Source: an uncultured Mycoplasmatota bacterium (GTDB taxonomy: Bacteria; Bacillota_I; Bacilli_A; RF39; UBA660). From it: 64,000 nucleotides of DNA. The notes below the pieces were generated by a model, which saw only the letters and a program-made list of their open reading frames with translations, had not been told where the DNA came from and did not search any database. Position 1 is the stretch's first letter, and each line of letters starts with the position of its first letter. The position numbers and the translations under genes were made by a program. Where the stretch lies: NCBI GenBank assembly GCA_900546245.1, contig URBY01000001.1, forward strand, positions 10,038-74,037, written 5' to 3'. Below, one piece after another: positions 1-10,062 of the stretch.

Positions 1-2
1 TA

Positions 3-125
3 TCAGGAAATAAAGAATCTTATTTAAGTGAGCAAGCTAAAGCTTTTAGTAAATATTATAAACAAGCACTAATTAATATTAAAAATAATAGCAATAAAAT
101 CTTAAGTTTAAAACAAAAAAAATAA
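3..125 (+). CDS. C-terminal end of a plus-strand ORF that runs off the window start (hypothetical)
   Basis: Frame 3 is open from the window start to a TAA at about 123-125 (…KYYKQALINIKNNSNKILSLKQKK*). It is followed by a hairpin and T-run. No recognisable domain. Confidence 0.2.
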   Translation, partial: SGNKESYLSEQAKAFSKYYKQALINIKNNSNKILSLKQKK

Positions 126-142
126 AGTATAATTTTTACTTT
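124..142. terminator. Bidirectional intrinsic terminator between convergent genes
   Basis: AAAGTA-(7 nt)-TACTTT stem with an A-run upstream and a T-run downstream, between the plus ORF end and the xfp stop. Confidence 0.45.
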
Positions 143-148
143 ATTTTT

Positions 149-2509
149 TTATATATCTTTTTCCCATTTCCAATTAGTTATAATGTCCATATCTTTTCCA
201 TATTCACGAATATATTCATTGTGTTCAACTAATTTATTTTTGCACCACTCAATTAATTCAGATGACTTATCTAAATCTTTAGTATATTTAAGTGCATCAA
301 TAATTAAATTAAATCTATCTATCTTATTTTGTACTCTCATATCAAATGGAGTTGTTATTGTACCTTCTTCTTGATATCCATGTACATGCATATTTTTATT
401 ATGTCTATTATATGTTAATTGATGTATTAAAGATGGATAACCATGGAAAGCAAATATTATTGGTTTATTTTTAGTAAATATTGCATCATAATCAGAATCA
501 CTTAATCCATGTGGATGTTTATCATTTGATTCAAGGCGCATTAAGTCAACTACATTTACTACTCTAATTTTTAACTTAGGCATTTCTTTATTTAATATAG
601 AAGTTGCCGCAAGTACTTCAAGTGTTGGTGTATCTCCTGCACACGCAAATACTATATCGGGACTCTTTCCTTCATCGTTAGATGCCCAATCCCATATTCC
701 AATACCTTTTGTGCAATGTTTAATTGCTTCATCCATAGAAAGCCATTGATATCTTGGATGTTTTGATGCTACAACTACATTTATATAGTTTTTAGTTTTT
801 ATAATATGATCAAATGTTGAAATTAATGTATTAGCATCTGGTGGTAAATACATTCTAACAATATCTGCTTTTTTAGTAACTAAATGATTTAAGAAACCTG
901 GATCTTGATGTGTATAACCATTATGATCTTGTTGCCAAATATGAGAAGATAAAATTATGTTAAGTGATGAAATATCTTCTCTCCAAGAAAGTGATTTTGT
1001 TACCTTTAACCATTTTGCATGTTGTGAAACCATTGAATCTATTATTCTAGCAAATGCTTCATAACTATGTATAAAACCATGTCTTCCTGTTAAAATATAT
1101 CCTTCTAAAGCACCTTCACAAAAGTGTTCTGATAAATATGAATCAATTACTCTTCCATCAACACCTAAAAATTCATCATTTTCATATGTCTTATTTACCC
1201 ACTGTCTATTTGTTTCTTCAAACATAGCATTTAATCTATTTGAAAGTGCTTCATCTGGTCCAAATATTCTAAAATTTCTTTCTTCTTCATTAAGTTTAAG
1301 TAAATCTCTTACATATTTACCTAATTCCATCATATCCTGAGCAACTATGCTTCCATGTTTTTTAACCTCAACACCATATTTTTTAAAATCAGGAGTTCTA
1401 AGTTCTTTTAAAAGCTTTCCACCATTCGCATGCATATTTGCGCCCATTCTTCTGTTTCCTTTTGGAGTTAATTCTTTTAAATCTTTTCTAAGAACACCAT
1501 TTTTATCAAATAACTCTTCTGGTTTATAACTTCTAAGCCATTCTTCTAATAATTCTAAGTTTTTATCATTAGTACTATTTACAACAATTGGAACTTGATG
1601 CGCTCTAAATGTACCTTCTATTTGTTTTCCTTCTACAACTTTAGGTCCTGTCCATCCTTTTGGAGTTCTAAGTATAAGCATAGGATAAGCAGGTCTTCTA
1701 ATTCTTCCATTTTTAGCATCTGCTTTTATTATCTGAAGTTTTTCAACTATTTCATCCATAATAAGTGCCATTTGTTTATGAAGTTCTATTTCATCTTTTC
1801 CTTCTAGATAATATGGATCCCATCCACAACCTTTAAAATAATTCAAAAGTTCATCATTTGAAATTCTAGAAAGAACTGTAGGATTTGCAATTTTATATCC
1901 ATTTAAATGAAGTATTGGTAATACTATTCCATCTGTTCTAGGATTTAAAAATTTATTTAAATGCCAACTTGTCGCAAGTGGACCTGTTTCTGCTTCACCA
2001 TCACCTACTACACACGCAGCGATTAAAGATGGATTATCTAATACCGCACCAAATGCATGTGATAAACTGTATCCAAGTTCTCCACCTTCATTTATAGATC
2101 CTGGTGTTTCAGGAGCAACGTGACTAGATATTCCTCCTGGAAAACTAAATTGTTTGAATAATTTTTTTAATCCTTCTTTATCCTCTGTTATATTTGGATA
2201 AATTTCACTATAGGTACCTTCTAAATAAACATTTGATACAATAGAATTCCCACCATGACCAGGTCCTGATATATAAATCATATCTAAATCATATTTATTT
2301 ATTATTCTATTTAAATGTGTATATATAAAGTTTTGTCCTGGAACAGTTCCCCAATGTCCAACTATATTTGCTTTTAGGTCTTCTTTTTTTAATTTTCTTT
2401 CTAAAAGTGGGTTATCAAGTAAATATAATTGACACGCTGATAAATAGTTTGCCGCTCTAAAATATTCATCTAATTTTTTTATTTCTTTATTACTTATTTC
2501 TTTTGCCAT
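149..2509 (-). CDS. xfp: Xylulose-5-phosphate/fructose-6-phosphate phosphoketolase (TPP-dependent), 786 aa
   Basis: Full-length 786-aa ORF with the N-terminal signature …NPLL…L…[16 protein letters not shown]… and GPGHGG typical of phosphoketolases. GAGGTG RBS 5' of the ATG. Confidence 0.9.
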   Translation of the reverse strand: MAKEISNKEIKKLDEYFRAANYLSACQLYLLDNPLLERKLKKEDLKANIVGHWGTVPGQNFIYTHLNRIINKYDLDMIYISGPGHGGNSIVSNVYLEGTYSEIYPNITEDKEGLKKLFKQFSFPGGISSHVAPETPGSINEGGELGYSLSHAFGAVLDNPSLIAACVVGDGEAETGPLATSWHLNKFLNPRTDGIVLPILHLNGYKIANPTVLSRISNDELLNYFKGCGWDPYYLEGKDEIELHKQMALIMDEIVEKLQIIKADAKNGRIRRPAYPMLILRTPKGWTGPKVVEGKQIEGTFRAHQVPIVVNSTNDKNLELLEEWLRSYKPEELFDKNGVLRKDLKELTPKGNRRMGANMHANGGKLLKELRTPDFKKYGVEVKKHGSIVAQDMMELGKYVRDLLKLNEEERNFRIFGPDEALSNRLNAMFEETNRQWVNKTYENDEFLGVDGRVIDSYLSEHFCEGALEGYILTGRHGFIHSYEAFARIIDSMVSQHAKWLKVTKSLSWREDISSLNIILSSHIWQQDHNGYTHQDPGFLNHLVTKKADIVRMYLPPDANTLISTFDHIIKTKNYINVVVASKHPRYQWLSMDEAIKHCTKGIGIWDWASNDEGKSPDIVFACAGDTPTLEVLAATSILNKEMPKLKIRVVNVVDLMRLESNDKHPHGLSDSDYDAIFTKNKPIIFAFHGYPSLIHQLTYNRHNKNMHVHGYQEEGTITTPFDMRVQNKIDRFNLIIDALKYTKDLDKSSELIEWCKNKLVEHNEYIREYGKDMDIITNWKWEKDI

Positions 2510-2603
2510 TTTATCACACCTCTACTATATATCATTATATAATATTTACAAAATAATAACAATTATGTACCTAGCATTTTTCAAAAAAAGAAAACCTGCA
2601 CTT

Positions 2604-2786
2604 TTATTTGCAAGTTTTTTTACTATTTTTATTTAATCCTAGTTCAAGCTTTTTTAATTCATTTTGTTCTTCAATAGCTTTTCTTAATAATCTAAGTTCA
2701 CTAACTAAGCCATCTTTTTGAAGATTTCTTAAAGCTATACGTAATGATTGAATTTGATCTGCTTCATATGACATATTTAACACCAC
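2604..2786 (-). CDS. Small (60 aa) charged helical hypothetical protein
   Basis: 60-aa ORF with an AGGTGG RBS about 8 nt upstream, which is long for a chance ORF in an AT-rich genome. Its 3' end overlaps a hairpin/T-run, so the true C-terminus may be shorter. Confidence 0.3.
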   Translation of the reverse strand: MVLNMSYEADQIQSLRIALRNLQKDGLVSELRLLRKAIEEQNELKKLELGLNKNSKKTCK

Positions 2787-2837
2787 CTTTTTTTGAAAAG
2801 TATTTTAATATATCATACATAAAAACTAAAATCAATA

Positions 2838-3461
2838 TTATTGATTATATTTATTAACAAACTCATTTAATTGTTGCATTTTTTCATCTAATTTTCTTAT
2901 GTCAAGTGAACAATTATACATTTCTTTTTTTACTTCTTCTGGTATTTCACTTGGAAATTTATATTGTACCTTGTGATCAATACTAGCCCAGAAATCCATC
3001 GCACTTGTTCTTATTTGAATTTCAGCTTCCACATGTTCAACTGTTTCATTTAAATATATTGGAACTAAAACAATTAAATGATAACTCATATATCCAGTTG
3101 ATTTAGGATTTTTTATATAATCTTTTTCTTCTTTTATTTTAAACTGTTTTGAACTTTTTATTATATCAACAATATCATATACATCATCTAGAAATGAGCA
3201 AACTATTCTAATACCAATTATATCATGTACATGTGATATCATATTTTTAGTAGTTACTTCATAACCCTTTTTATTAAGTTTATCAATAATACTTTTTTCA
3301 GTTTTAAGTCTTGATTTCATATGTTCAACTGGGTTATATTTATTTTTAAATTCAAATTCTTTTATAAGTATATTAAACTGTGTTTCAAGAAGTTGAAGAG
3401 CAAAATTATATTTAAGCATTAATTCAGATACTTCTCTTTCATTTATTAATATATTATTCAT
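2838..3461 (-). CDS. Small alarmone synthetase (RelA/SpoT-family (p)ppGpp synthetase domain only; RelQ/RelP-like), 207 aa
   Basis: Synthetase-domain motifs HDIIGIRIVC, YMSYHLIV, EIQIRTSAMDFWA and HKVQYK. The 207-aa size matches single-domain SAS proteins. AGGAGA RBS. Confidence 0.8.
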   Translation of the reverse strand: MNNILINEREVSELMLKYNFALQLLETQFNILIKEFEFKNKYNPVEHMKSRLKTEKSIIDKLNKKGYEVTTKNMISHVHDIIGIRIVCSFLDDVYDIVDIIKSSKQFKIKEEKDYIKNPKSTGYMSYHLIVLVPIYLNETVEHVEAEIQIRTSAMDFWASIDHKVQYKFPSEIPEEVKKEMYNCSLDIRKLDEKMQQLNEFVNKYNQ

Positions 3462-3537
3462 AAACTTCTCCTTTCTTTTTTATAAAAAATAAAGCAATCC
3501 TAAAATTGGATTACTTCTAAATTTATGGGCAAATAGG

Positions 3538-3565
3538 ATTATAACATTATATTAATTTCTTGTAA
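3538..3565 (-). promoter_or_regulatory. Candidate sigma-A promoter for the SAS gene
   Basis: On the minus strand: TTACAA - 16 nt - TATAAT, about 75 nt upstream of the SAS start and downstream of the ABC gene stop. Confidence 0.3.
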
Positions 3566-3591
3566 AGTACTTTTTTTAATTTTTTTATATT

Positions 3592-6021
3592 CTATAAATC
3601 ATGTCTTGATAATATTCCAGCAGGTCTTTTCTTAAGCACATTAAATACTGGGAATAAACCAATAATAAGATTAAACAAATATGTACAAACTATAGTTATT
3701 ATAATTATATTAGCATTAATCAAAAACATACCACTTATATATTTTATTTTAGATAAATTATAAAGTATGTAAGCCATAAATACTATTCCTGGTAAACCCG
3801 CAATTGTTGTAATTGCAAATATCTCAGATGAAAACATTTTATAAATATCACTCTTTTTAACACCTATTGCTCTATAAATACCTATTTCTTTTATCCTAGA
3901 CATAAATGATGATCTGATCATAAAGAATATTTCTATAAGTGATATTGCAAGTATTATTCCAGAAAGTATTAATGTACTTGTTATATTATCTTTTACTTCA
4001 TCAAGATATTTATCTTTACTATAATTATAACTATCATTTATATTTAGATTCATACTTCTAAACTCTTCTAAAGTTTTCGATTTATCAGATGAATAAATTG
4101 TTAAATCAGATGTATTTTTTATTAAATTATATTTTATAGTATTATCATTAACAAAATAATAATTATAGTTATATTTTGAATCATAGTATCCTACAACTAC
4201 TAATTTTCTTCCATTTATTTTTTCATTTATTTCTTTATTTAAAGGCATATCATCCTTATTAGATATATTTACTATAGTTTCATAATCATTTTCTGGTGCT
4301 CTACCTTTTTTAAGTTCTATTTTATCAGTAAAAAGTGAATACTTCATAAAATTATTTTCTTTTGTTTCTGAAGAATACATATTATTTGATGTATTACTAG
4401 AATTATATATTATATCTAAAAATTTTGATTTATCTGTATAGATAGTTGGACTACTAGTATTAGATATACCAACAATTTTAAAATCAGGTAATGAATTTAC
4501 TGATAACGTTCTATCAAGTAATTTACTTGAATCTGTTATACCTGCCATTTGAAGTGATGAATCATTATCAAATGCATTATCTATAATCATTTTATCAACT
4601 ACAACTTCATTATCATTTTCTGGCATTCTACCATAAATTAAATTATCTTTATTAATCATTTCATAAGAAGATAATGAACCTGATATAGAATTTTCCATTT
4701 TACTTGTTTGATAATAATCATTTATATTAATTTTCATACTTACAAGTGAATCACCTGGTAAAATATAATTTATGTTTTCTTTTTGCTCGAATGACAAATA
4801 ATCATCTACATTTATTTTCTTTAAATTAACAATTAAATAGTTTTTATTATATTTAACAAAATTTTCATCTTTAATATTAAATAATGCACAAATTGAACTA
4901 ATAGAAAACATTATAAACATTGCACTTATAAAAAATCCAAGTAATAATATTTTCTTTAAAACAGGATAATCAAATACTTTCTTAAAACCATTTTTAATTA
5001 AAGTAATAGGATTAAATATAGATGAATATTTCTTTTTAAAATTACTATTTATTACATTTTTAAAATCAAAATTATACTTATCTATATCTTCTTTAGCAAT
5101 ACTTTTATAATGGTCATCAATAAGTTCTATACTAGAATTATCATCAATTACTTTTATCTTTTTACTTTCGTTACTTCTTAAATAAATATTACCATTTTTA
5201 ACAATTATATCTATTTTTATATTATCATTATTATTTCTATATATATTTATATCTGTATTATCTTTTTTTATCTCATCTATTTTTTCAAAATCTTTTAAAT
5301 ATATATTATTATCTATTTCGTAATCTAATTCATCATTTTGTGTATTTTCAAAATCTTTTATTGCCTTACCATCACTAAGTTCAATTATTCTATCAGCATA
5401 AAATCTCGCTAAAGACTCTTCATGAGTTACAAGTAAAACAAGTCTTTCCTTTGAAATTGATTTTATTATTTTCATTATTTCAAGTGAATTTTTGCTATCC
5501 AAATTTCCTGTTGGTTCATCCGCTAAGATTATATCTGGATCTTTTACGATTGCTCTTGCAACTGCGACTCTTTGTCTTTCACCACCCGAAAGCATTGATG
5601 ATGGTCTATTTTTATATCTTTCCATTCCTACTTTTTCAAGTACATACTCTACTCTTTTTTTAATCTCTTTTTTATCTTTTATACCAATCATAGTAAGAAC
5701 TAAAGCAACATTATCAAAAACACTTAGATTATCTATTAATTTATAGTCTTGAAATATATATCCAATATTTATATTTCTAATTTTATCTACTTTGTATGAA
5801 CATTTAGAACTTATTTTTTTATTATCAATATAAATTTTACCACTTTTTATCTTATCAAGACCACCAATTACATTAAGCAGAGTTGTTTTACCACATCCAG
5901 ATGGTCCTAGAAATGCGACTAATCCATTATTTTTTAGGTTAAGAGATATATTATTAATTACATGTACTTGATTTTTCTTATGTCTATTAAAATATTTATT
6001 AACATTTTCTAAAGTAATCAT
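3592..6021 (-). CDS. Fused ABC transporter ATP-binding/permease protein, MacB-like (ATPase + FtsX-type permease with a large extracytoplasmic loop), 809 aa
   Basis: N-terminal Walker A GPSGCGKTT, signature LSGGERQR and Walker B ILADEPT. A long low-complexity extracellular region is followed by C-terminal TM helices (FtsX-like). Confidence 0.8.
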   Translation of the reverse strand: MITLENVNKYFNRHKKNQVHVINNISLNLKNNGLVAFLGPSGCGKTTLLNVIGGLDKIKSGKIYIDNKKISSKCSYKVDKIRNINIGYIFQDYKLIDNLSVFDNVALVLTMIGIKDKKEIKKRVEYVLEKVGMERYKNRPSSMLSGGERQRVAVARAIVKDPDIILADEPTGNLDSKNSLEIMKIIKSISKERLVLLVTHEESLARFYADRIIELSDGKAIKDFENTQNDELDYEIDNNIYLKDFEKIDEIKKDNTDINIYRNNNDNIKIDIIVKNGNIYLRSNESKKIKVIDDNSSIELIDDHYKSIAKEDIDKYNFDFKNVINSNFKKKYSSIFNPITLIKNGFKKVFDYPVLKKILLLGFFISAMFIMFSISSICALFNIKDENFVKYNKNYLIVNLKKINVDDYLSFEQKENINYILPGDSLVSMKININDYYQTSKMENSISGSLSSYEMINKDNLIYGRMPENDNEVVVDKMIIDNAFDNDSSLQMAGITDSSKLLDRTLSVNSLPDFKIVGISNTSSPTIYTDKSKFLDIIYNSSNTSNNMYSSETKENNFMKYSLFTDKIELKKGRAPENDYETIVNISNKDDMPLNKEINEKINGRKLVVVGYYDSKYNYNYYFVNDNTIKYNLIKNTSDLTIYSSDKSKTLEEFRSMNLNINDSYNYSKDKYLDEVKDNITSTLILSGIILAISLIEIFFMIRSSFMSRIKEIGIYRAIGVKKSDIYKMFSSEIFAITTIAGLPGIVFMAYILYNLSKIKYISGMFLINANIIIITIVCTYLFNLIIGLFPVFNVLKKRPAGILSRHDL

Positions 6022-6024
6022 ATT

Positions 6025-8244
6025 TTATACCTCCTCTTTTATCGTACTTATCGCACTTTTTTTGAATAATTTTTTTGAAAACTTTTGACTAATTAAATAT
6101 GACATCATTATAAGCACAATATATAAAATTGCATAATCTTTAAAATTAAGATAAGTAAGTATTGTATTTATAAACTCAAGATTAATTATGTGTATACTAT
6201 TTAAATAGATAAATATCATAAATGAGAAGAACGCCAAATTTGAAACAGTAAGTAATTCAATTATAAGTAACTCTTTTGAAACCTTTTTAGTGGCACCAAG
6301 CATTCTTATAACCCCAAAATATTCATTTCTAGATTTCAAAATAATATTGATTACAAAATATGAAATAAAGAATATTGTTATTATTAAAACTATTTTTGTA
6401 ACTGTTCCTATTATTTTAGTAACTTGTTCATATCCACCTGTTACTAAAGTATCCTTTATATATAAAGTTTTAAAGCCTGCATCCTCAAGAGAAGAAATTG
6501 TATTTCTTACATCTTGTACATCTTTAACAAATACACTGCTTTGGTAATTTCCTTTATTAAATAATTTATTATAATCTTCAGAATTTATATAAATATTACC
6601 ATTATTTTCTTTAAAATCAAGACCAAGTAATTTTTTCATATTATTTTTATTATAAACTTTACTAACATTTAATGATAAATTTTCAGTGTAATATAAATTA
6701 CTAGCCTCTATATTTAATGATTGATTTATACAATTTTCTTTAGGACAAGAATATTCTAAATCAGATGAAATATATACATTATTAACTGGCACATTATCAT
6801 TTGTTTTTATATTAAAATTTTCAGTATTTTCATCATAATATTTATTTTGAAATAATACTTTTAATTTACTATAAGACTGATTTATTTGATATAAGTAATC
6901 ATTTAAAAGTGAATCGCTTAAATATACAACACTATTTCCATAAGCGCTTTTAGCATACTTAATACCTACTATTTTTATCTTCTTATTTTCATCTATTTCA
7001 CCTGTATCATAGTTTTGAGCATATATATCTTTATTTAAAATGCTTTCATTTATATAATAGTCATCTTTATCTCCTTCTAATATGACTTCATTATCATTTT
7101 CTGGCATTTTTCCAAGATCTACTTTACCTCTAAAATTTTTAAGTTCATTTATAGTAGGTGAGATATAATAATTTTTATTATCTGTAAAACTTGCATTATA
7201 ATCTAAAAGAACATCATTTTTAACTATATAATCAACATTTGAAAATTTACTTATTTTATCATAATCATCACTTGTAAATTCACTTTTATCATTTTTCTTA
7301 ATTACTATTCTTTTATCACTAGTATTATTAAATATATAATTACTACCTTGAGTACTTGCTTCATATGTTTTCTTTTCTTCTTCAGCATACTCACTAATTA
7401 CTGATACTGTCATAAATAGATAGATTAAGAAAATAAGTATAAATTTTGGAATTATATTAAATGTATTTCTAAGTGCTAATCTTAATTTATTTAAAAAAGT
7501 AATATTTTTATAATCTATTTTACTATTTTCGGGTGCTGGATTAGCATCTTTTATTTTCTTATCCTCTAACACTTTTCCATCATGCATTTTTATTTTCCTA
7601 GTTACATATTTTTCCACTTGTTCATAATTATGAGTTACTATTATTACTAATTTATCTTTTGATATTTGACTAAGAAGTTTAATAATTTCTTCTGCAGATT
7701 TTTTATCAAGATTACCAGTTGGTTCATCCGCAATTATTATAGGTGTATCTTTCGCAAGCGCTCTTGCTATACCAACTCTTTGCTTTTGTCCACCAGATAA
7801 CTTTGATACTTTGGTATTTCTAAATTTATATAAACCAACATTTTTAATTAATTCTAATACTTTTGGTTTTATATTCTTTTTCTTTTCACCATTAAGAAGT
7901 AAAACAAGTTCTATATTTTGATATACTGTATAACTATTTACTAAGTTAAAGTTTTGAAATATATTTCCTATATATTTTCTTCTATAATCTTCAAAATCTT
8001 TTTCTGTATAATGACTTGTTTCTTTTCCATCAATATACATTTCCCCTTCTTCATATGTATCAAGTCCACTTATTACATTTAAAAGTGTTGATTTACCACT
8101 ACCTGATTCACCTGTTATTGCAACAAATTCACCAATATTAAATTCAAGATTTATTTTATTAAATCCGCTAGCAATCACACCTTTGCTATAATAAAATTTT
8201 GATACATTTTTTAATTTAATCATAATATTTCTCCTATCTGACAA
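6025..8244 (-). CDS. Fused ABC transporter ATP-binding/permease protein, MacB-like paralog, 739 aa
   Basis: Walker A GESGSGKST, LSGGQKQR and IIADEPT, with a C-terminal FtsX-like permease. Lies 3 nt upstream of its paralog, so probably co-transcribed. Confidence 0.8.
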   Translation of the reverse strand: MSDRRNIMIKLKNVSKFYYSKGVIASGFNKINLEFNIGEFVAITGESGSGKSTLLNVISGLDTYEEGEMYIDGKETSHYTEKDFEDYRRKYIGNIFQNFNLVNSYTVYQNIELVLLLNGEKKKNIKPKVLELIKNVGLYKFRNTKVSKLSGGQKQRVGIARALAKDTPIIIADEPTGNLDKKSAEEIIKLLSQISKDKLVIIVTHNYEQVEKYVTRKIKMHDGKVLEDKKIKDANPAPENSKIDYKNITFLNKLRLALRNTFNIIPKFILIFLIYLFMTVSVISEYAEEEKKTYEASTQGSNYIFNNTSDKRIVIKKNDKSEFTSDDYDKISKFSNVDYIVKNDVLLDYNASFTDNKNYYISPTINELKNFRGKVDLGKMPENDNEVILEGDKDDYYINESILNKDIYAQNYDTGEIDENKKIKIVGIKYAKSAYGNSVVYLSDSLLNDYLYQINQSYSKLKVLFQNKYYDENTENFNIKTNDNVPVNNVYISSDLEYSCPKENCINQSLNIEASNLYYTENLSLNVSKVYNKNNMKKLLGLDFKENNGNIYINSEDYNKLFNKGNYQSSVFVKDVQDVRNTISSLEDAGFKTLYIKDTLVTGGYEQVTKIIGTVTKIVLIITIFFISYFVINIILKSRNEYFGVIRMLGATKKVSKELLIIELLTVSNLAFFSFMIFIYLNSIHIINLEFINTILTYLNFKDYAILYIVLIMMSYLISQKFSKKLFKKSAISTIKEEV

Positions 8245-8420
8245 ACTGATTATAACACATACTATGCTTTACAATCAATAAATTATGAGTTGCTTTTTGT
8301 AAATTTTAGGTTGCAAAAATAAAACATATATAAAGTAAAAATTTATTATCAATGAATATGCCTATAGAAGACATATCAAAAGCAACAGGTTTATCAATAG
8401 AAAATTTAAATGAACTAAAA

Positions 8421-8448
8421 AAGAACTGTAAGAACAATTTTTCTTACA
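8421..8448 (-). terminator. Intrinsic terminator downstream of mscL
   Basis: Perfect 11-bp stem AACTGTAAGAA / TTCTTACAGTT. The A-run on the plus strand gives the T-run for the minus-strand transcript. Confidence 0.55.
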
Positions 8449-8459
8449 GTTTTTATATA

Positions 8460-8870
8460 CTATTTATTTTTTAATATATCTCTAATTTCTTCTAATAATA
8501 CCTCTTCATTAGATTTTACTTTAACTTCTTCTTTCTTTTCTTCATGTTTAAATCTTTCAAATAATCTAACCATAATAAATATACAGAAAGCTACAATTAG
8601 AAAGTCAACAATTGATTGAATAAATGAACCATAATGAATAACCGCATCATTTATTCTAATTGTGAGTGCTGTAAAATCAAGTCCACCAAGTAATACTCCT
8701 ATTATAGGCATTAAAATATCATTAACAAGACTTGTTACTATTTTACCAAAAGCACCACCTACGATAACACCAACAGCCATATCAACTACGTTACCTCTTG
8801 ATATAAATTTTTTAAATTCACTAAGTTCTGTTGTTACTGCTTTTTTTGCATCTATTTTTTCCTTTTTCAT
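8460..8870 (-). CDS. mscL: Large-conductance mechanosensitive channel MscL, 136 aa
   Basis: N-terminus …[27 protein letters not shown]…, two TM helices, 136 aa. AGGAGG RBS. Confidence 0.85.
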   Translation of the reverse strand: MKKEKIDAKKAVTTELSEFKKFISRGNVVDMAVGVIVGGAFGKIVTSLVNDILMPIIGVLLGGLDFTALTIRINDAVIHYGSFIQSIVDFLIVAFCIFIMVRLFERFKHEEKKEEVKVKSNEEVLLEEIRDILKNK

Positions 8871-8896
8871 AACTATTCCTCCTAAAAATATTATAG

Positions 8897-8926
8897 CATA
8901 AAAAAACTCTTACAACTGTAAGAACT
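8897..8926. terminator. Hairpin/T-run terminator between mscL and the coiled-coil gene
   Basis: CTTACA..TGTAAG palindrome flanked by A and T runs. Shares the core ACTGTAAGAAC with the mscL terminator. Confidence 0.35.
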
Positions 8927-8936
8927 TTTACTTTTT

Positions 8937-9278
8937 TTATTTTTCATCTAACTCTGCTTGAGCTTCTAATGCTTCTAAAAATGATAATTTTGCTTCACTC
9001 GCAAGAGTTAATGCAAGAGAAATACAATCAGATGTATATTCAAGTCTATTATCAATATACTTTTCTAATTTTTCTTTGTCTCTAGCTTCTCTTTTATCTT
9101 CTAATTTTTCTTTTGCTTCATTAATACTATCTTCAATTTTGCTTAAATGTTTTGAAAAAATTTTTTTAGTATCAGATTTTTTCTTATTTAATTCTTCCTT
9201 TGCTTCATCAAGATTTTTTTTAGTTTCTTCAATTTTATCATCTAGCTCATCTTTAGCGTACATGCCCTTTATAACCAT
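8937..9278 (-). CDS. Coiled-coil hypothetical protein (113 aa, Lys/Glu-rich)
   Basis: ORF is open upstream but has no earlier ATG. Heptad-like K/E/L-rich sequence. No enzymatic motif. Confidence 0.35.
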   Translation of the reverse strand: MVIKGMYAKDELDDKIEETKKNLDEAKEELNKKKSDTKKIFSKHLSKIEDSINEAKEKLEDKREARDKEKLEKYIDNRLEYTSDCISLALTLASEAKLSFLEALEAQAELDEK

Positions 9279-9496
9279 AGTATCTGTTGAGTCTTTTAAT
9301 TTTTCATTTATTTTATTTAACTCATCATTTATTTTATTTAATTTTTCTTCTAATTCTTTATTTTTTATTTTTTTATCTTCCTTTCTTTTATATAATGTAA
9401 AATATTTAAATATTTATTCAATATATTTTGTACCACATCCTTTTACCCTACAATTCAATTATAAAATCTATAATATAAATTTTAAAACGCATAAAA

Positions 9497-9519
9497 AAAA
9501 GTGTCATTATTTTTGACAC
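9497..9519 (-). terminator. Intrinsic terminator at the 3' end of the P-loop gene
   Basis: AAGTGTC-(9 nt)-GACACTT stem. An A8 run on the plus strand gives a U-run on the minus transcript. Confidence 0.4.
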
Positions 9520-9869
9520 TTGCTACATTTTGTCATATTTACGTAATTATTTATATTACCATCTAATAATATTTTTACTTTATTTACTAATGTATCTATA
9601 TCATGTGGATATATATGAGCGCAGTCAATAATAAACTTTTCATCAGTATCATTAATAATATCCGTTATTGTTTTAAAAAGTGTACATAATATTTTACTTG
9701 TATCATTAAATATTACATCACTTTTTACTCCCTATTCTGAATAATTTCTTTTCATAGAGGCAGTTATATAATCAAATGTAATATGGTTATATCTTTTCTC
9801 TTCACAAATTTTCTCACATATTGTTGATTTACCTGATTTTGCAACTCCCGCAATTAATAAATTTTTCAT
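9507..9869 (-). pseudogene. Small P-loop NTPase/kinase-like gene interrupted by an in-frame TAG (codon 46 of 121)
   Basis: ATG at 9869-9867 sits behind a strong AGGAGG RBS. The product begins MKNLLIAGVAKSGKSTICEKI (Walker A). TAG at 9732-9734 is followed in the same frame by …IIDCAHIYPHD… up to a TAA at 9507. Confidence 0.45.
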
Positions 9870-9922
9870 AATCCTCCTTTTAATATAAAAATAAAATCCT
9901 TAAAAAGGATTTATTTCATTAA

Positions 9923-9999
9923 TGGGGCGAAATAAGGGAGTCGAACCCTTGCATAACAGAGCCACAATCTGCCGTGTTAACCACTTCACCAATTCCGCC
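9923..9999 (-). tRNA. tRNA-His (anticodon GUG)
   Basis: Cloverleaf with a G-1:C73 extra base pair, anticodon loop TTGTGGC, T-loop GGTTCGACTCC and an encoded CCA. Confidence 0.9.
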
Positions 10000-10062
10000 A
10001 TAAAAATTACTCTATTAATATAACATATAATTTGTTAAATAACAAGTATTTAAAAGAAAAAA

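Noticed and set aside
183-374. Short plus-strand ORFs (183-374, 1347-1529, 1595-1807) inside the phosphoketolase gene
   Set aside because: They lie antisense to a well-supported conserved gene, have no RBS, and give low-complexity translations typical of AT-rich antisense frames.
5451-5746. Plus-strand ORFs (5451-5663, 5492-5746, 6290-6547) within the ABC transporter genes
   Set aside because: They are antisense to conserved ABC ATPase domains and have no independent support.
9076-9516. 146-aa Ser/Phe/Leu-rich plus-strand ORF
   Set aside because: It is the antisense frame of the Lys/Glu-rich coiled-coil gene, a compositional mirror artefact.
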